Made by a program: the position numbers and the translations under genes. This document shows positions 17,738 to 28,155 of a stretch of DNA of 64,000 nucleotides, in pieces. Position 1 is the stretch's first letter. Every line of letters starts with the position of its first letter. The stretch spans positions 36,415 through 100,414 of the forward strand of contig CAYNQJ010000001.1 in the NCBI GenBank assembly GCA_964399305.1. Reading direction: 5' to 3'. A model generated the notes under the pieces. The model did no database searches, was not told the origin of the DNA, and saw only the letters and a list, made by a program, of their open reading frames with translations. This DNA is from an uncultured Luteolibacter sp. GTDB taxonomy: Bacteria; Verrucomicrobiota; Verrucomicrobiia; Verrucomicrobiales; Akkermansiaceae.

Positions 17738-18871
17738 ATGCGCCGTGCTTATCTGGTCGGATCGTTCCTTGCCCTCGTGGCCGCCGTTCATGGCCTGTGG
17801 TCATTCCGCTTCGAAAGAGTGCCGGATACCGGGCCATGTAGCTTGGCGGATTTGCGGGCAGAGGTGCCGGAAGCTCCGGGAATCCGGTGGTCTGGAACAG
17901 CGGGAAATCCATCGCTCCGGTTGAACCGGGGAGAAGGGGAGGGCAAGATCGCCGTGCGGCTTGCCATTCCGGATGTCAAGGCGCTGCAATTTGTCCAGCT
18001 GCGTTACCGTCTGTCATCCCAAGACCTTGAGCCAGGCAGTAAAAAATGGGAGGACGGTCGTTTCCTGATCGAGTGGCATGGCAGGCCGGGCGGGGAGAAA
18101 GCGGACACCGATTACGTCGCGTCGATTCGTGGCAGCCAGACAGGGAGGACGAGATGCGTTGTCATTGATGCCGAGACAGGTCCCGCAGTGCCTGCCTTGA
18201 GGTTGGAGCATCTGGGGCGGAGCGGTGCTTTCGAGTTGGCGGATCTGCAGATCACCCCTGTGCGGGAACGGGCGCTTTGGAAGATCGGGAAGTGGTTTCT
18301 GGCAGCCGCGTGGCTGGTTTGGGCCTGGGCATGGATGCGCTCATGGCCGGGCGTTTCCGAACTGCGTGCGCTTTGTGCGTCAGGAGTCGGGCTGGTGATT
18401 GTGTTCTCCCTCATCATTCCCGGGCCGTGGGATACGATTCATCCGCTTTGGGGTGGTTTTTTTCTTGGCGAGCCCAAAACCTATGAGGAGCCAGCGGCGG
18501 CGATCCATGCGCCGGGTGGTATTTCCTCGGAGATGGTCACGCCGTCTGGGGAGCTTGAGGATGAGGGATCGCTGCTCCTGAGGATCAAGCTCAGGATTTC
18601 GCAGGCGCGGTGGTTGCTGCATACGCTTCTCTGGTCAGGCTCCTCGATGGTTCTCGCGTTGTTGGTTGGCAGGAGTCCGGCGATCCGCATGTCGGTCCTG
18701 CTTGTACTTGGCATGGAACTCGCCCAGTTGGCGTTTGGTTTTGGATCCGACTGGGTGGATTTGATCGATCTGGCCTCTGATGCGGCCGGTATCGCCCTTG
18801 CGATGCGGGTTTACACCTGGTGGTTTGCGCGTGGCGGCTGCTGCGTTTCAATCCAACGAGAGTCATCTTGA
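17738..18871 (+). CDS. Hypothetical membrane protein, periplasmic N-terminal domain and VanZ-like C-terminus
   Basis: 377-aa ORF with signal anchor, several TM segments and H...E.AQ...D..DL..D..G pattern; divergent from the sugar transferase. Confidence 0.6.
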   Translation: MRRAYLVGSFLALVAAVHGLWSFRFERVPDTGPCSLADLRAEVPEAPGIRWSGTAGNPSLRLNRGEGEGKIAVRLAIPDVKALQFVQLRYRLSSQDLEPGSKKWEDGRFLIEWHGRPGGEKADTDYVASIRGSQTGRTRCVVIDAETGPAVPALRLEHLGRSGAFELADLQITPVRERALWKIGKWFLAAAWLVWAWAWMRSWPGVSELRALCASGVGLVIVFSLIIPGPWDTIHPLWGGFFLGEPKTYEEPAAAIHAPGGISSEMVTPSGELEDEGSLLLRIKLRISQARWLLHTLLWSGSSMVLALLVGRSPAIRMSVLLVLGMELAQLAFGFGSDWVDLIDLASDAAGIALAMRVYTWWFARGGCCVSIQRESS

Positions 18872-18902
18872 CCCGGCGTTTGGTGGCAGGCATGCTGGTG
18901 CT

Positions 18903-19172
18903 GTGTTCACGCCCAAACCTGACCGGCCTTATTTCGATTCCTGGCTCCGGCGTGCGGGCCGGCAGCTCATGGCGAGCGGCCGGTTGACGCAGGTTGCGAC
19001 CGTGCTTGCCGCGGAGAATGGCGGATCGCCGGATGCCTGGCGGGTCCGGCTCCGGACCTTGCTGGATGGCTCCGAGGTGCCATCGCTCGATTTGCTGGTC
19101 CGCATTGATGCCTTGTTGGCCGGGCCGTCACGCACGCGCGCTGACGACAGCGCCCAGGAGATGCTTTTCTAA
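18903..19172 (+). CDS. Small hypothetical protein (possibly HTH-like)
   Basis: GTG start, 89 aa filling the gap before nadD; helical pattern ending PSLDLLVRIDALL. Confidence 0.55.
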   Translation: MFTPKPDRPYFDSWLRRAGRQLMASGRLTQVATVLAAENGGSPDAWRVRLRTLLDGSEVPSLDLLVRIDALLAGPSRTRADDSAQEMLF

Positions 19173-19201
19173 GCAGCGGATTCCGGACGCCACATCATGT
19201 C

Positions 19202-19786
19202 ATGAACGCGCCCCGCAGCATCGGACTATTCGGCGGCACCTTTGATCCCGTTCATGTGGGGCACATCCACCTGGCGGATGTGGCACGCAGGGAGCTGGGG
19301 CTGGACGAGGTGAGGTTTCTGCCATGCCGGATCTCACCGCACAAGCTGGGCAGCGAACCCACAGATGCTGCGGACCGCCTGGAAATGTTGCGGATTGCCA
19401 CGCGATGTCTGCCTTGGGCGGTGGTCGATGATTTCGAAGCATTGTGCGAAGGACCGTCCTATTCCTGGCAGACCGCGGAGGCGATGAGGGGGAAATTTCC
19501 CGCGGACAGGTTGTTTTGGATCATGGGAGCGGACCAGTGGGACGTGCTGCCGCAGTGGAGAGAGCCGGAACGTCTTGCGGCCTGCGTGGAGTTTGTGGTT
19601 TTTTCCCGCGGGTCCAAACCTGCGCCCAGGGCCGGATACCGTCTTCATGCCATTGATGCCAGCCATCCGGCATCGGCCACGGCCATTCGTGAGTCGATTT
19701 CAAATGGTGATGCCGGGCCGCACCCATGGCTGGATCCGCAGTTGGACCGTTGGATCCGCACGCATGGGATTTATCGCATGGAATAG
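19202..19786 (+). CDS. nadD: Nicotinate-nucleotide adenylyltransferase
   Basis: IGLFGGTFDPVHVGH (HxGH), SPHK, PSYS, WIMGAD, SATAIR. Confidence 0.95.
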   Translation: MNAPRSIGLFGGTFDPVHVGHIHLADVARRELGLDEVRFLPCRISPHKLGSEPTDAADRLEMLRIATRCLPWAVVDDFEALCEGPSYSWQTAEAMRGKFPADRLFWIMGADQWDVLPQWREPERLAACVEFVVFSRGSKPAPRAGYRLHAIDASHPASATAIRESISNGDAGPHPWLDPQLDRWIRTHGIYRME

Positions 19787-19835
19787 CGTTCGGCTGCGTT
19801 TACGCCAAGCCGGCCGATTTGCGAAAGCGATCCGA

Positions 19836-20849
19836 TCAATTCCTGATGTCGATGATCGCGCGTTTTCTGCGGACATCCATCCAACGGTTGAATTGTGCCG
19901 AGGTTTTCTTCCTGCGGACCCGCTCCTCAATCATTTTGCGGACTTCGGAAAGCGGTGGTGGCGGGCCGAGTTTGACTTTGACAGGCTTGACGATGGTGAA
20001 TCCCTGAGGGTCGAGCAGGGGGCCTTCGACCTTGCCTTCCGGGGTGTCGAAAATGATGGCCGCGAATTCCGGTGAAAGATCGGTGCGCGGGATGTCTTCC
20101 TGGAGGCCACCTTGTTCGGCGAAAGCGTCTTTGGAATGTTCTTTGGCAAGCTCCGTGAAATCGGCCCCATCCTTGAGTTGCTTGGCGATGTCTTCCGCCA
20201 GTGACAACTGGGTTTCCGGAGTGGCTGCCGGATTCTGGGCATCGGATGCCGGAATAAAGATTTTCTGGAATGAAATCACATCCTTCGAGGTGTCGCGCAG
20301 GGTGTTTTTGACCTCGTCGTATTCCGCCTGGATTTCGCCGGGCAGCGGCGGCGGGGCGTCGGAAAACTGCTGGCTGCGCATCGACTGCACCACCATTTTC
20401 TCGCGGGTCATTTCGCGATATCCTTCCATCGTGATGCGGCTGCGTTTCAGTTCTTCGCGGAACTTTTCCTCGTTGCCGTTGTAAAGCTCATACATCTGGC
20501 GCTTGATCTCCTGATCGATGAGGTAGGGTTTGACGGACGCGCCAAGCTGTTTGAATTCGTCGAGGATGATCTGCCTGTCGACCAGTTCCTGGATGACCTC
20601 CTCGCGGGCCTTTTTGAACTCGGCCTCGAATTGTGGCCCACGCCGCGGGTATTTGGTGCTGAGCTGGGCGAAGGTGGGTCCCAACAGAAACGTGACCTGA
20701 TGTTTGGTGATCACCTGGCCGTTCACCTTCGCGGCGATTCCGTTGACTTCGACCGGGCCGGATCCGCCCTGGGCGGCGGCAGTCTGGATTCCATGTGATG
20801 CGTGCATCGCGGCTGCGAGCATCAGAGCGGCTGGGAGGCGGGATTTCAT
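19836..20849 (-). CDS. SurA-like periplasmic chaperone / parvulin PPIase
   Basis: Signal peptide, NGIAAKVNGQVIT SurA N-domain, DFTELAKEHSKD..A.QGGL rotamase. Confidence 0.85.
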   Translation of the reverse strand: MKSRLPAALMLAAAMHASHGIQTAAAQGGSGPVEVNGIAAKVNGQVITKHQVTFLLGPTFAQLSTKYPRRGPQFEAEFKKAREEVIQELVDRQIILDEFKQLGASVKPYLIDQEIKRQMYELYNGNEEKFREELKRSRITMEGYREMTREKMVVQSMRSQQFSDAPPPLPGEIQAEYDEVKNTLRDTSKDVISFQKIFIPASDAQNPAATPETQLSLAEDIAKQLKDGADFTELAKEHSKDAFAEQGGLQEDIPRTDLSPEFAAIIFDTPEGKVEGPLLDPQGFTIVKPVKVKLGPPPPLSEVRKMIEERVRRKKTSAQFNRWMDVRRKRAIIDIRN

Positions 20850-20979
20850 GAATGTGTATTGGAATGGAGAAATGGAATTGCCGGTAATATCGGCCCCTTG
20901 ATCCGCAACCAGCCTTGCAAGGAAGTCGCGCCATGGCAAGCGGCGAAAAATCATGTCTCCCGGTGATTCGCCGGTCGCA

Positions 20980-21894
20980 TTATCCAGTGCGAGCTGACCG
21001 GGACAGCAATTCCGCGAGGGCGGATTCCAGAGTCGGGTATTGAAACCGAAAACCGTCCGCGAGCAGCGCGCCAGGCCGTGCCCTCTGTCCGGCCAACAAC
21101 GCGCCGCCAAATCCGCCGAGTGCGAGCTTGAGCGCCCAGCCCGGAACCGGGAAGATCACCGGCCGGTGCAGAGCTGCGGCGAATTTCCGGGTGAAATCAA
21201 TGTTGCGCACCGGGTTGGGGGCGCAGCCATTGAACGGGCCGCTCATCGTTTCCGAGCAGGCCGCATGAACGATCGCCGCCCGCATGTCATCGATGTGGAT
21301 CCATGGCATCCATTGCCTGCCGGATCCGAGTCTGCCGCCGATGCCCGACTTGAAAACCATCCGCAGCTGGCGGAATGCCGCGCCGTCACGGCCGAGGACG
21401 ATTCCGGTGCGTGGCATCGCCACACGGAGTCCCAGAGCCGCCGCTTCCTGGGCCGTTTTTTCCCATTCGTCGCACAAGTCCGCCAGATATCCCGCACCCG
21501 GGGGAGAAGACTCATCCAGCCATTGGTCACCGCCATCCCCATAGATACCAATGGCTGAGGCATTGACCAGGGCTTTTGGGCGCTCGGTTGGCGGGACTTG
21601 GCGGATGGTCTCGATGATGCGCCGGGTGGCACCGATCCTGCTTTGGTGGAAAAGGCGCTTGTTGTGAGCGTTCCACCTGCGGTTGATCGGTTCACCGGCA
21701 AGGTTGATGACCACCTGGTGTCCGCTTGGATCCATGGAATCCGGCGTCTGCCAGCGGTCCACGCCATCGATCCGGCCGCTTCCGGAGCGGCTCACCCCGG
21801 TGCAGGCGAGGCCGCGTCCGCGCAGCAGCGCGGGCAGCCCCCGACCGATGAACCCCGTCACTCCGACAATCATGGCCCTTGGCTGTTGATCCAT
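20980..21894 (-). CDS. TIGR01777-type NAD-dependent epimerase/oxidoreductase (YfcH-like)
   Basis: GVTGFIG, VINLAGEPI..RW, SAIGIYG, LGSGRQWMPWIHIDD, GFRFQYPTL. Confidence 0.92.
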   Translation of the reverse strand: MDQQPRAMIVGVTGFIGRGLPALLRGRGLACTGVSRSGSGRIDGVDRWQTPDSMDPSGHQVVINLAGEPINRRWNAHNKRLFHQSRIGATRRIIETIRQVPPTERPKALVNASAIGIYGDGGDQWLDESSPPGAGYLADLCDEWEKTAQEAAALGLRVAMPRTGIVLGRDGAAFRQLRMVFKSGIGGRLGSGRQWMPWIHIDDMRAAIVHAACSETMSGPFNGCAPNPVRNIDFTRKFAAALHRPVIFPVPGWALKLALGGFGGALLAGQRARPGALLADGFRFQYPTLESALAELLSRSARTG

Positions 21895-22006
21895 GGAACG
21901 AACCATGGCGCGCATCGCCTTCAGGTAAAACGGAATTTTCGGCTTGCGGTTGGTCGGCTTGCTTTCGGCCTTTACTTCGCAGGGCGCTGGTTTTCTTATT
22001 CCGGCG

Positions 22007-24466
22007 ATGTTCAATCTCGGTGTCCGGTTCATTGCGCTGTCCCTATGCCTGCCAAGTCACGTTTTGGTGGCACAAGTTCTCCCGGAGGTTGGCGAGCCAC
22101 CGCTTGGAGATGCGATTGCCCCGGTGGAGGCTCCCGAGATTCCCATTGGCCCGCCCGAACTGGTCGGGATGGAGATGCCAAAACAGCTGAATATCTTCAG
22201 CACCGGAACCATCGAGGTGATCAAGGATGTCGGCGTCCGCTACGCCGGCCCCGGAGTCAAAATCACCGGTGACAACGGCATGGAGATTTTTTCGGACAGC
22301 GTGGTCGTTGATTTCAAGGCCGAAACCGCCACCCTCGAAGGCAACGTTGTTGTCTATCAGGGCAACATGATGCAGCGCGGGGATCGCGCGGTCTATCATT
22401 ACGAGCGGAAATTCCTCGACGCCTCCGGGTTGCGTGCTTCGATTGATCCGCTGCTCCTTGAATCAGGGAAATTCACGGCGGAGGAGCAAGGCGACGGTTC
22501 GCAGGTATTCGTCGGCACGGATGCCGGAATCACGACCCATGACGCCCAGTTTCCGAACTTCTGGCTGAGGGCGAAAAAAACCACGATCCATCCCGAGGAG
22601 AAGATCGTATTCAAAAACCTCAAGGTCTATGCCGGCGACACGCCGGTTTTCTGGCTGCCTTATCTCTCCCAACCGCTCAAGGGCGAGCTCGGATACCATT
22701 TTGTGCCCGGTGCGCGATCGAACTGGGGCCCCTATCTTCTCAATTCCTATGGAATCATGCTCGGTGGCGAACGAGATCCGCGGACAGGCGAGAACACCGG
22801 GGCCTGGCTGCTGTCCCGATGGAACCTCGATCTCAGGGGGTCGCGTGGTGTCGGCTTCGGCGTTGATCTGGCCGATACGCGGTTGGCGCTTCCCGAGGAA
22901 ATCACTGGCTTCAGCGCCTATTACCTCAATGACCTCGACCCCGGAGCGGAGCGTTCCGGTGTGCCCCGCGGCTTTGTCAACGAAGACCGCTACAAGCTGG
23001 AATTGAAACACCGGATCACCCCGGATTTCGGCGATGACGCCGACTGGAGGATCGACTCGAACATCACCTGGCTGAGCGACCGCCACTATCTCGAGGACTT
23101 CGAAATGGAGCGCTACCTCACGGACCCCGAACCGGACAACACACTGGGGATCTACCGGCGCGACGACCAATCGCTGTTGTCCATGTACATGCGCTATCAG
23201 CTCAATGACTTCTACCGGGCTGACAGCCGTCTCCCGGAGATCGCATACGACCGCGCGCGCGCGCCGTTTTTCGGCCTGCCGGTGCTGCATGAAGGGACGA
23301 CTTCGCTGGGATACATCGGCGAGAAGGCCCCGGATTTCATGCAGCGGGGAGCGGTCGATCCGCTGATGTCGATGGCTCCCGGAGATCCGGCTGCCGCGCA
23401 GTATCTCAACCAGCTTGGTGGCTATGAGCGGCAGTTGGCCGAGGAGCTTCTGGCACTGCCTGTGGGTGATCCCAAACGGGAGGCCATCCGCACCCAGTTG
23501 CTGGATTCGAATTACGCCCGTTTCCACACCTATCAGGAGTTTTCCATGCCGATGCTGTTGGGCGGTTTCCTGAGTGTGACACCGGAGGCCGGACTGGGTT
23601 ACACGCGCTACGGTACGGTCGAGGGGCCGCGGGACGGTTTCGGCCGGACCCATCTGCATGCCGGTGTGGAGATGTCCATGAAGTTTTCCAGGGAGCTCGG
23701 TTCCTATCAGAACCGGCGGCTGGGGCTCGACGGGCTGATGCATGTGTTCCAACCGTATGGCACGTGGTCGATTGTCTCTTCGGATGATTTTTCGCCCGGG
23801 GATCCCGGCGTGGACCGGTTGACACCCACGACCCGGCCACGGCCGATCGACCCGCTTCGTTTCACCGCCATCGACCAGATGCAAAGCTGGAATGTGCTGC
23901 GTTTGGGCGCGCGCAACCGCTTTCTCACCAAGCGTGATGCCCAAAGCTACGAGTGGCTGTATGTTGATACCTATCTGGACGCGTTCATCGATGATCCCGA
24001 GGGCGACCGCAATTTCTCGAATCTTTACAATGACGTCCGCTGGCAGCCGCTTCCGTGGCTTGGAGTCAATGTGGAAACCCAGTTTCCCATCGGCGGTGGC
24101 GGGTCCGGATTCAACGAGTTCAACACCAATGTGAATTTCATGCCAAACGACCGCATGGAGTTCTCGATCGGCTACCGGCTGCTGGATGGCCATCCCTACC
24201 TGACCGACTCCAACCGCATCCAGTTCCAGTCATACACCCGCATCAACGAGAATTGGGGCGTTGGTTCACGCCATACGCTGGAACTTGATGACGGCACGCT
24301 GGAATTGCAGCAATACACGCTGCACCGTGACTTGGGCAACTGGGTGGCCGGGGTCGGAATCAGCAACCGGGACAACCGGCGCGAGACGGAGACGGGAGTG
24401 GTTTTCAGCCTCACCCTCAAGGATTTTCCATCGGTCTCCTTGCCTTTCGAGATGGATGCGCAATAG
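22007..24466 (+). CDS. lptD: LPS-assembly protein LptD-like outer membrane beta-barrel
   Basis: OstA-like N-terminal domain, PVFWLPYL motif, long beta-strand-rich C-terminus; ~820 aa; start uncertain. Confidence 0.78.
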   Translation: MFNLGVRFIALSLCLPSHVLVAQVLPEVGEPPLGDAIAPVEAPEIPIGPPELVGMEMPKQLNIFSTGTIEVIKDVGVRYAGPGVKITGDNGMEIFSDSVVVDFKAETATLEGNVVVYQGNMMQRGDRAVYHYERKFLDASGLRASIDPLLLESGKFTAEEQGDGSQVFVGTDAGITTHDAQFPNFWLRAKKTTIHPEEKIVFKNLKVYAGDTPVFWLPYLSQPLKGELGYHFVPGARSNWGPYLLNSYGIMLGGERDPRTGENTGAWLLSRWNLDLRGSRGVGFGVDLADTRLALPEEITGFSAYYLNDLDPGAERSGVPRGFVNEDRYKLELKHRITPDFGDDADWRIDSNITWLSDRHYLEDFEMERYLTDPEPDNTLGIYRRDDQSLLSMYMRYQLNDFYRADSRLPEIAYDRARAPFFGLPVLHEGTTSLGYIGEKAPDFMQRGAVDPLMSMAPGDPAAAQYLNQLGGYERQLAEELLALPVGDPKREAIRTQLLDSNYARFHTYQEFSMPMLLGGFLSVTPEAGLGYTRYGTVEGPRDGFGRTHLHAGVEMSMKFSRELGSYQNRRLGLDGLMHVFQPYGTWSIVSSDDFSPGDPGVDRLTPTTRPRPIDPLRFTAIDQMQSWNVLRLGARNRFLTKRDAQSYEWLYVDTYLDAFIDDPEGDRNFSNLYNDVRWQPLPWLGVNVETQFPIGGGGSGFNEFNTNVNFMPNDRMEFSIGYRLLDGHPYLTDSNRIQFQSYTRINENWGVGSRHTLELDDGTLELQQYTLHRDLGNWVAGVGISNRDNRRETETGVVFSLTLKDFPSVSLPFEMDAQ

Positions 24467-24476
24467 TGCGCGCATC

Positions 24477-25115
24477 ATGACTCACCAAGATCTTCTTGCC
24501 TCGCTCCGGTTCCGCTACGCCACCAAGCAATTCGACCCATCCCGTAAAATCCCCGGGGAAATCTGGGACGTTCTCGAGGAGTCGCTGGTGCTCACCCCGT
24601 CATCATTCGGCCTGCAGCCATGGAAGTTCATCGTGGTTGAGGATCCCTCGGTCCGGGCCAGGCTGCTTCCCGAATCATGGAACCAGCCGCAGGTCACTGA
24701 CGCATCGCATTTTCTGGTTCTCACCTCGCGGACCGATCTGACGATGGATGACATTGATGCATGGATCGCGCGCATGGCGGAGGTTCAGGGGCAAACGGTC
24801 GAGTCTGTCGCACCGTTGAAAGGGATGATTGTCGGATTCGCCGAGCGGATGAGCCATGAGGAGCGGCACGCATGGAACGTCCGGCAGGTTTACATCGCGC
24901 TCGGGCAGTTGATGACCGCTGCCGCCGCGCTTGGGATTGATTCATGCCCGATGGAGGGAATCAGCAATTCGGGTTACGACCGTATTTTGGGGCTGGAAGG
25001 CAGCGGCTACGCCACCGTTGTCGCCTGCGCGCTCGGTTACCGGTCAGCCGGTGACAAGTACGCCTGCATGCCGAAAGCCCGCTTCGAAAGGGACAGGATC
25101 ATCACCCGCATCTGA
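24477..25115 (+). CDS. NAD(P)H-dependent nitroreductase family protein
   Basis: RYATKQFD, TPSSFGLQPWKF, LGIDSCPMEG, KARF. Confidence 0.93.
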   Translation: MTHQDLLASLRFRYATKQFDPSRKIPGEIWDVLEESLVLTPSSFGLQPWKFIVVEDPSVRARLLPESWNQPQVTDASHFLVLTSRTDLTMDDIDAWIARMAEVQGQTVESVAPLKGMIVGFAERMSHEERHAWNVRQVYIALGQLMTAAAALGIDSCPMEGISNSGYDRILGLEGSGYATVVACALGYRSAGDKYACMPKARFERDRIITRI

Positions 25116-25123
25116 GGGGCCCG

Positions 25124-25573
25124 TCATGGATTCGCCTGGTCTTCCGCCTGGAGGATTTTGACCACTTCGGGCATCAGTCTCACCGCGACCTCGCCAGTGA
25201 CCACGCTTTCCTTGCGTTTGCCTTTCAGTCCGATGTGGAGCGCGGGAACCCTGCCGATTTTCCCCTGGGTGTCGCCAGGCCGGACAAACAGGCGCTTTGC
25301 GATTTCGTCCACGGCGGCATCCTCGGTCGCAAGCTGCCATTTTCTCTTCAATCCCACGTCACGGCTTACTTGTTCCAGGATCCTGCGGTCCCTCAGTTTT
25401 TCCATGAGCATCCCGATCGTTTCGTCGCGTTGCTTGGTCGGCAGCTTCGGGTTGATCGCGAGTTCGACCCAGACCGGATGGGGTCGGTTCTGCTTGTAGG
25501 CCTTGATGGCGAACCAGCCACCCACACAGAAGATCACGATTGCCACCAATCCCGCGACGATCCATTTTTGCAT
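25124..25573 (-). CDS. Hypothetical single-TM membrane protein
   Basis: 149-aa ORF with N-terminal TM anchor, fits the gap between flanking genes. Confidence 0.65.
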   Translation of the reverse strand: MQKWIVAGLVAIVIFCVGGWFAIKAYKQNRPHPVWVELAINPKLPTKQRDETIGMLMEKLRDRRILEQVSRDVGLKRKWQLATEDAAVDEIAKRLFVRPGDTQGKIGRVPALHIGLKGKRKESVVTGEVAVRLMPEVVKILQAEDQANP

Positions 25574-25620
25574 GCCAATGCTCTACACGCCGCCACGCCA
25601 ACGAGCCAAGTAGGAAATTC

Positions 25621-28128
25621 ATGGAATACCCCGCCACCACCGCCACTGTTGAGACCCTGCCGAACGGCTTGACCCTGATCCTTGATCCTGATCCCGCAGC
25701 GCCTGTGGTCAGTGCCCAGCTGTGGGTGGAGACCGGCAGCATGCACGAAGACCGGTTCCTTGGTGCAGGGATTTCACATTTTCTTGAGCACATGGTTTTC
25801 AAGGGAACCCGCGATTTCAGCGCGGACGAACTTGCGGGTGTCGTCCAGGGAGCGGGAGGACATTGGAATGCCTATACCAGTTTTGACCGCACGGTGTATT
25901 TCATTGACGGGCCGTCGTCATCGTTGCCGGTATTTTTGCAATGTCTCACCGGTCTGGTGTTTTTTCCGCTGATTCCCGAGTCCGAGTTTGAAAAGGAAAA
26001 GGACGTGATCCGCCGGGAGATCGACATGGGGCTCGACAACCCGGATCAGGTGGCCAGCCAGTTGCTGTTTTCCACCGCGTTCCGGCTTGATCCCCGCCGC
26101 CACCCGGTCATCGGACACCGTCATCTGTTTGATGCGACCCGCCATCGGGATCTGACCGATTATCACAAGGCCCGCTACACGACCGACCGGTGCTTCATGG
26201 TGATCTCCGGTGATTTTCACCCGGATGAGATCCGCGATATGGTTGCTGCCCTGACTGCGGATTGCCAACCCGGATGCGGACGCGAACCGGTGGTTGCCAT
26301 CGATCCGTCACAAATCGCCCCGCGCCGCGCGCGGGAAACCTTCGCCGTCCCGAGCAGCCGGATCTCGCTGACATGGAAAATGCCCGCTCTGGAGCATCCG
26401 GATGCTCCCGCGTTCGATGTGCTGGCGGCGATCCTCGGTCGCGGCCGCTCCTCACGGCTGCACCGCACGCTGCGTGAGCGGCGCGGACTGGCACTGGAGA
26501 TTTCCTCGTTTTCATGGACCGGACCCGGCCGCGAGGGGCTTTTCTCCATCAGCGCGGAGGCCGATCCTGAAAAGCGCGATATTCTGATAGATGCGATCCA
26601 GCATGAGCTCGCGACCCTGCGCGATTCGGCGCTCGAGGACGACCTGGCAAGGGCGAAGCGGCAAATTGCCGCCAGCCAGTTCCAGACGCTCACCACCGCC
26701 TCGGGTCGCGCCTCCGATCTGGCGTCGAACTGGCACGAGGCGCGCAATCTGGATTTCACCCGCCTGCACGTTGCTGCCATCCAGAAGGTTGCGGTGGAGG
26801 ACATCCGTCGTGCCGCCGCATGGCTTTCGGATGCGAGGCTGTCGCTGACGATTCTGGATCCCTTGGAACCGGCTGCTCCGGCGCGGGCCGGAAAAATCCG
26901 CCGCCAGCGCGAGGAGATCACGGTTCACACGCTGCCCAATGGACTCCGGATCGCGCTGATTCCGGACCACCGCGTTCCATTGGTGCGCCTTCAGGCCGCT
27001 GTGCGCGCCGGGTTGCCGTCCGAGACAGCCGCCACATCCGGGGTGAACCAGTTGTTGGCGGCCACCCTGCCCAAGGGAACCGCGACCCGCAGCGCGGACG
27101 AGATCGCCATCACGCTTGAGTCGCTCGGGGCGAGCATCAACGCGGCGGCGGGCAACAACGCGCTGCTCGTCCAGGTCGGCGGACTCGCGTCCGACATCGC
27201 CACTCTCATCGGGGTGTTTGCGGATGTCATCACGTCGCCAGGTTTTCCGGAAGAGGCGATCCAGCGCGAGAAAGCCAGCCAGCTCGCCGCATTGGAGGAG
27301 GGCATGCAGGACCCGCTGCACACCGGATTCCGCATGCTTCGCCAGGCGGTTTTCGGCGGTGCCGGATACGGGCTGGAATCACTGGGCACTTTGGAAAGCC
27401 TGGCGGCCCTCGGCCGCGAGACACTCACCGCACACCACGCGCGGCATTTCAACGCCGCCAACCTCACCTTGGCGGTTGCGGGCGATTTCGATCCTTCCGC
27501 CGCTCTGGATCTGCTTGGCAATTTTCTGGGTGCGCTGCCTGCGGGAGCACCATGGCCCGTGCCGTCCAGCCCTGCCACGTCCGGGGTTGAGTGCCTCGCC
27601 AGGCTGCCGAAAAAGCAGGCGGTGCTGGCGATCGGGTTCCCGGGGGCCTCGGCAAGCGGTGACGACCGCCATGCGCTGGCGATGATTCAGGAATACGCCG
27701 CCGATATGGCCGGACCTTTGTTCACCCGGATCCGTGAGGAGCTCGGTCTCGCCTATCAGGTAGGGGCCACCCAGTTTCTGGGCTACGACACGGGACTCTT
27801 CACATTCTACCTCGCCACCGCTCCGGAGCAGGAGGAGATCGCCTGCCGCGAAATGCTTTCCGAAATCGGCAAAATCGCCGCTCATGGAATCCCCGATGAA
27901 GCTTTCGAGCGGGTCCGCTCGACCGTGCTCAGCGGGCTTGCGCTCCAGCAGCAATCGCTGTCGGGAACCGCCCGCCATGTGGCGCTGGATCTACTGTTCG
28001 GTCATCCGGCCGACCAGCACCGGCGGCTTGCGGCGATCTATCAGGCGTTGACTCCCGGACAGGTCAGGGAGGTGGCGGCACGTGTGTTTTCGCCGCACCC
28101 GGCGATTTCGAGGGTCTTGCCCGCGTGA
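25621..28128 (+). CDS. M16 family zinc peptidase (pitrilysin-like, tandem halves)
   Basis: GISHFLEHMVFKGT (HxxEH), NAYTSFDRT, second LPNGL repeat with an inactive half. Confidence 0.93.
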   Translation: MEYPATTATVETLPNGLTLILDPDPAAPVVSAQLWVETGSMHEDRFLGAGISHFLEHMVFKGTRDFSADELAGVVQGAGGHWNAYTSFDRTVYFIDGPSSSLPVFLQCLTGLVFFPLIPESEFEKEKDVIRREIDMGLDNPDQVASQLLFSTAFRLDPRRHPVIGHRHLFDATRHRDLTDYHKARYTTDRCFMVISGDFHPDEIRDMVAALTADCQPGCGREPVVAIDPSQIAPRRARETFAVPSSRISLTWKMPALEHPDAPAFDVLAAILGRGRSSRLHRTLRERRGLALEISSFSWTGPGREGLFSISAEADPEKRDILIDAIQHELATLRDSALEDDLARAKRQIAASQFQTLTTASGRASDLASNWHEARNLDFTRLHVAAIQKVAVEDIRRAAAWLSDARLSLTILDPLEPAAPARAGKIRRQREEITVHTLPNGLRIALIPDHRVPLVRLQAAVRAGLPSETAATSGVNQLLAATLPKGTATRSADEIAITLESLGASINAAAGNNALLVQVGGLASDIATLIGVFADVITSPGFPEEAIQREKASQLAALEEGMQDPLHTGFRMLRQAVFGGAGYGLESLGTLESLAALGRETLTAHHARHFNAANLTLAVAGDFDPSAALDLLGNFLGALPAGAPWPVPSSPATSGVECLARLPKKQAVLAIGFPGASASGDDRHALAMIQEYAADMAGPLFTRIREELGLAYQVGATQFLGYDTGLFTFYLATAPEQEEIACREMLSEIGKIAAHGIPDEAFERVRSTVLSGLALQQQSLSGTARHVALDLLFGHPADQHRRLAAIYQALTPGQVREVAARVFSPHPAISRVLPA

Positions 28129-28155
28129 CCGGCTGTGACGACTCTTGTAGAGGTC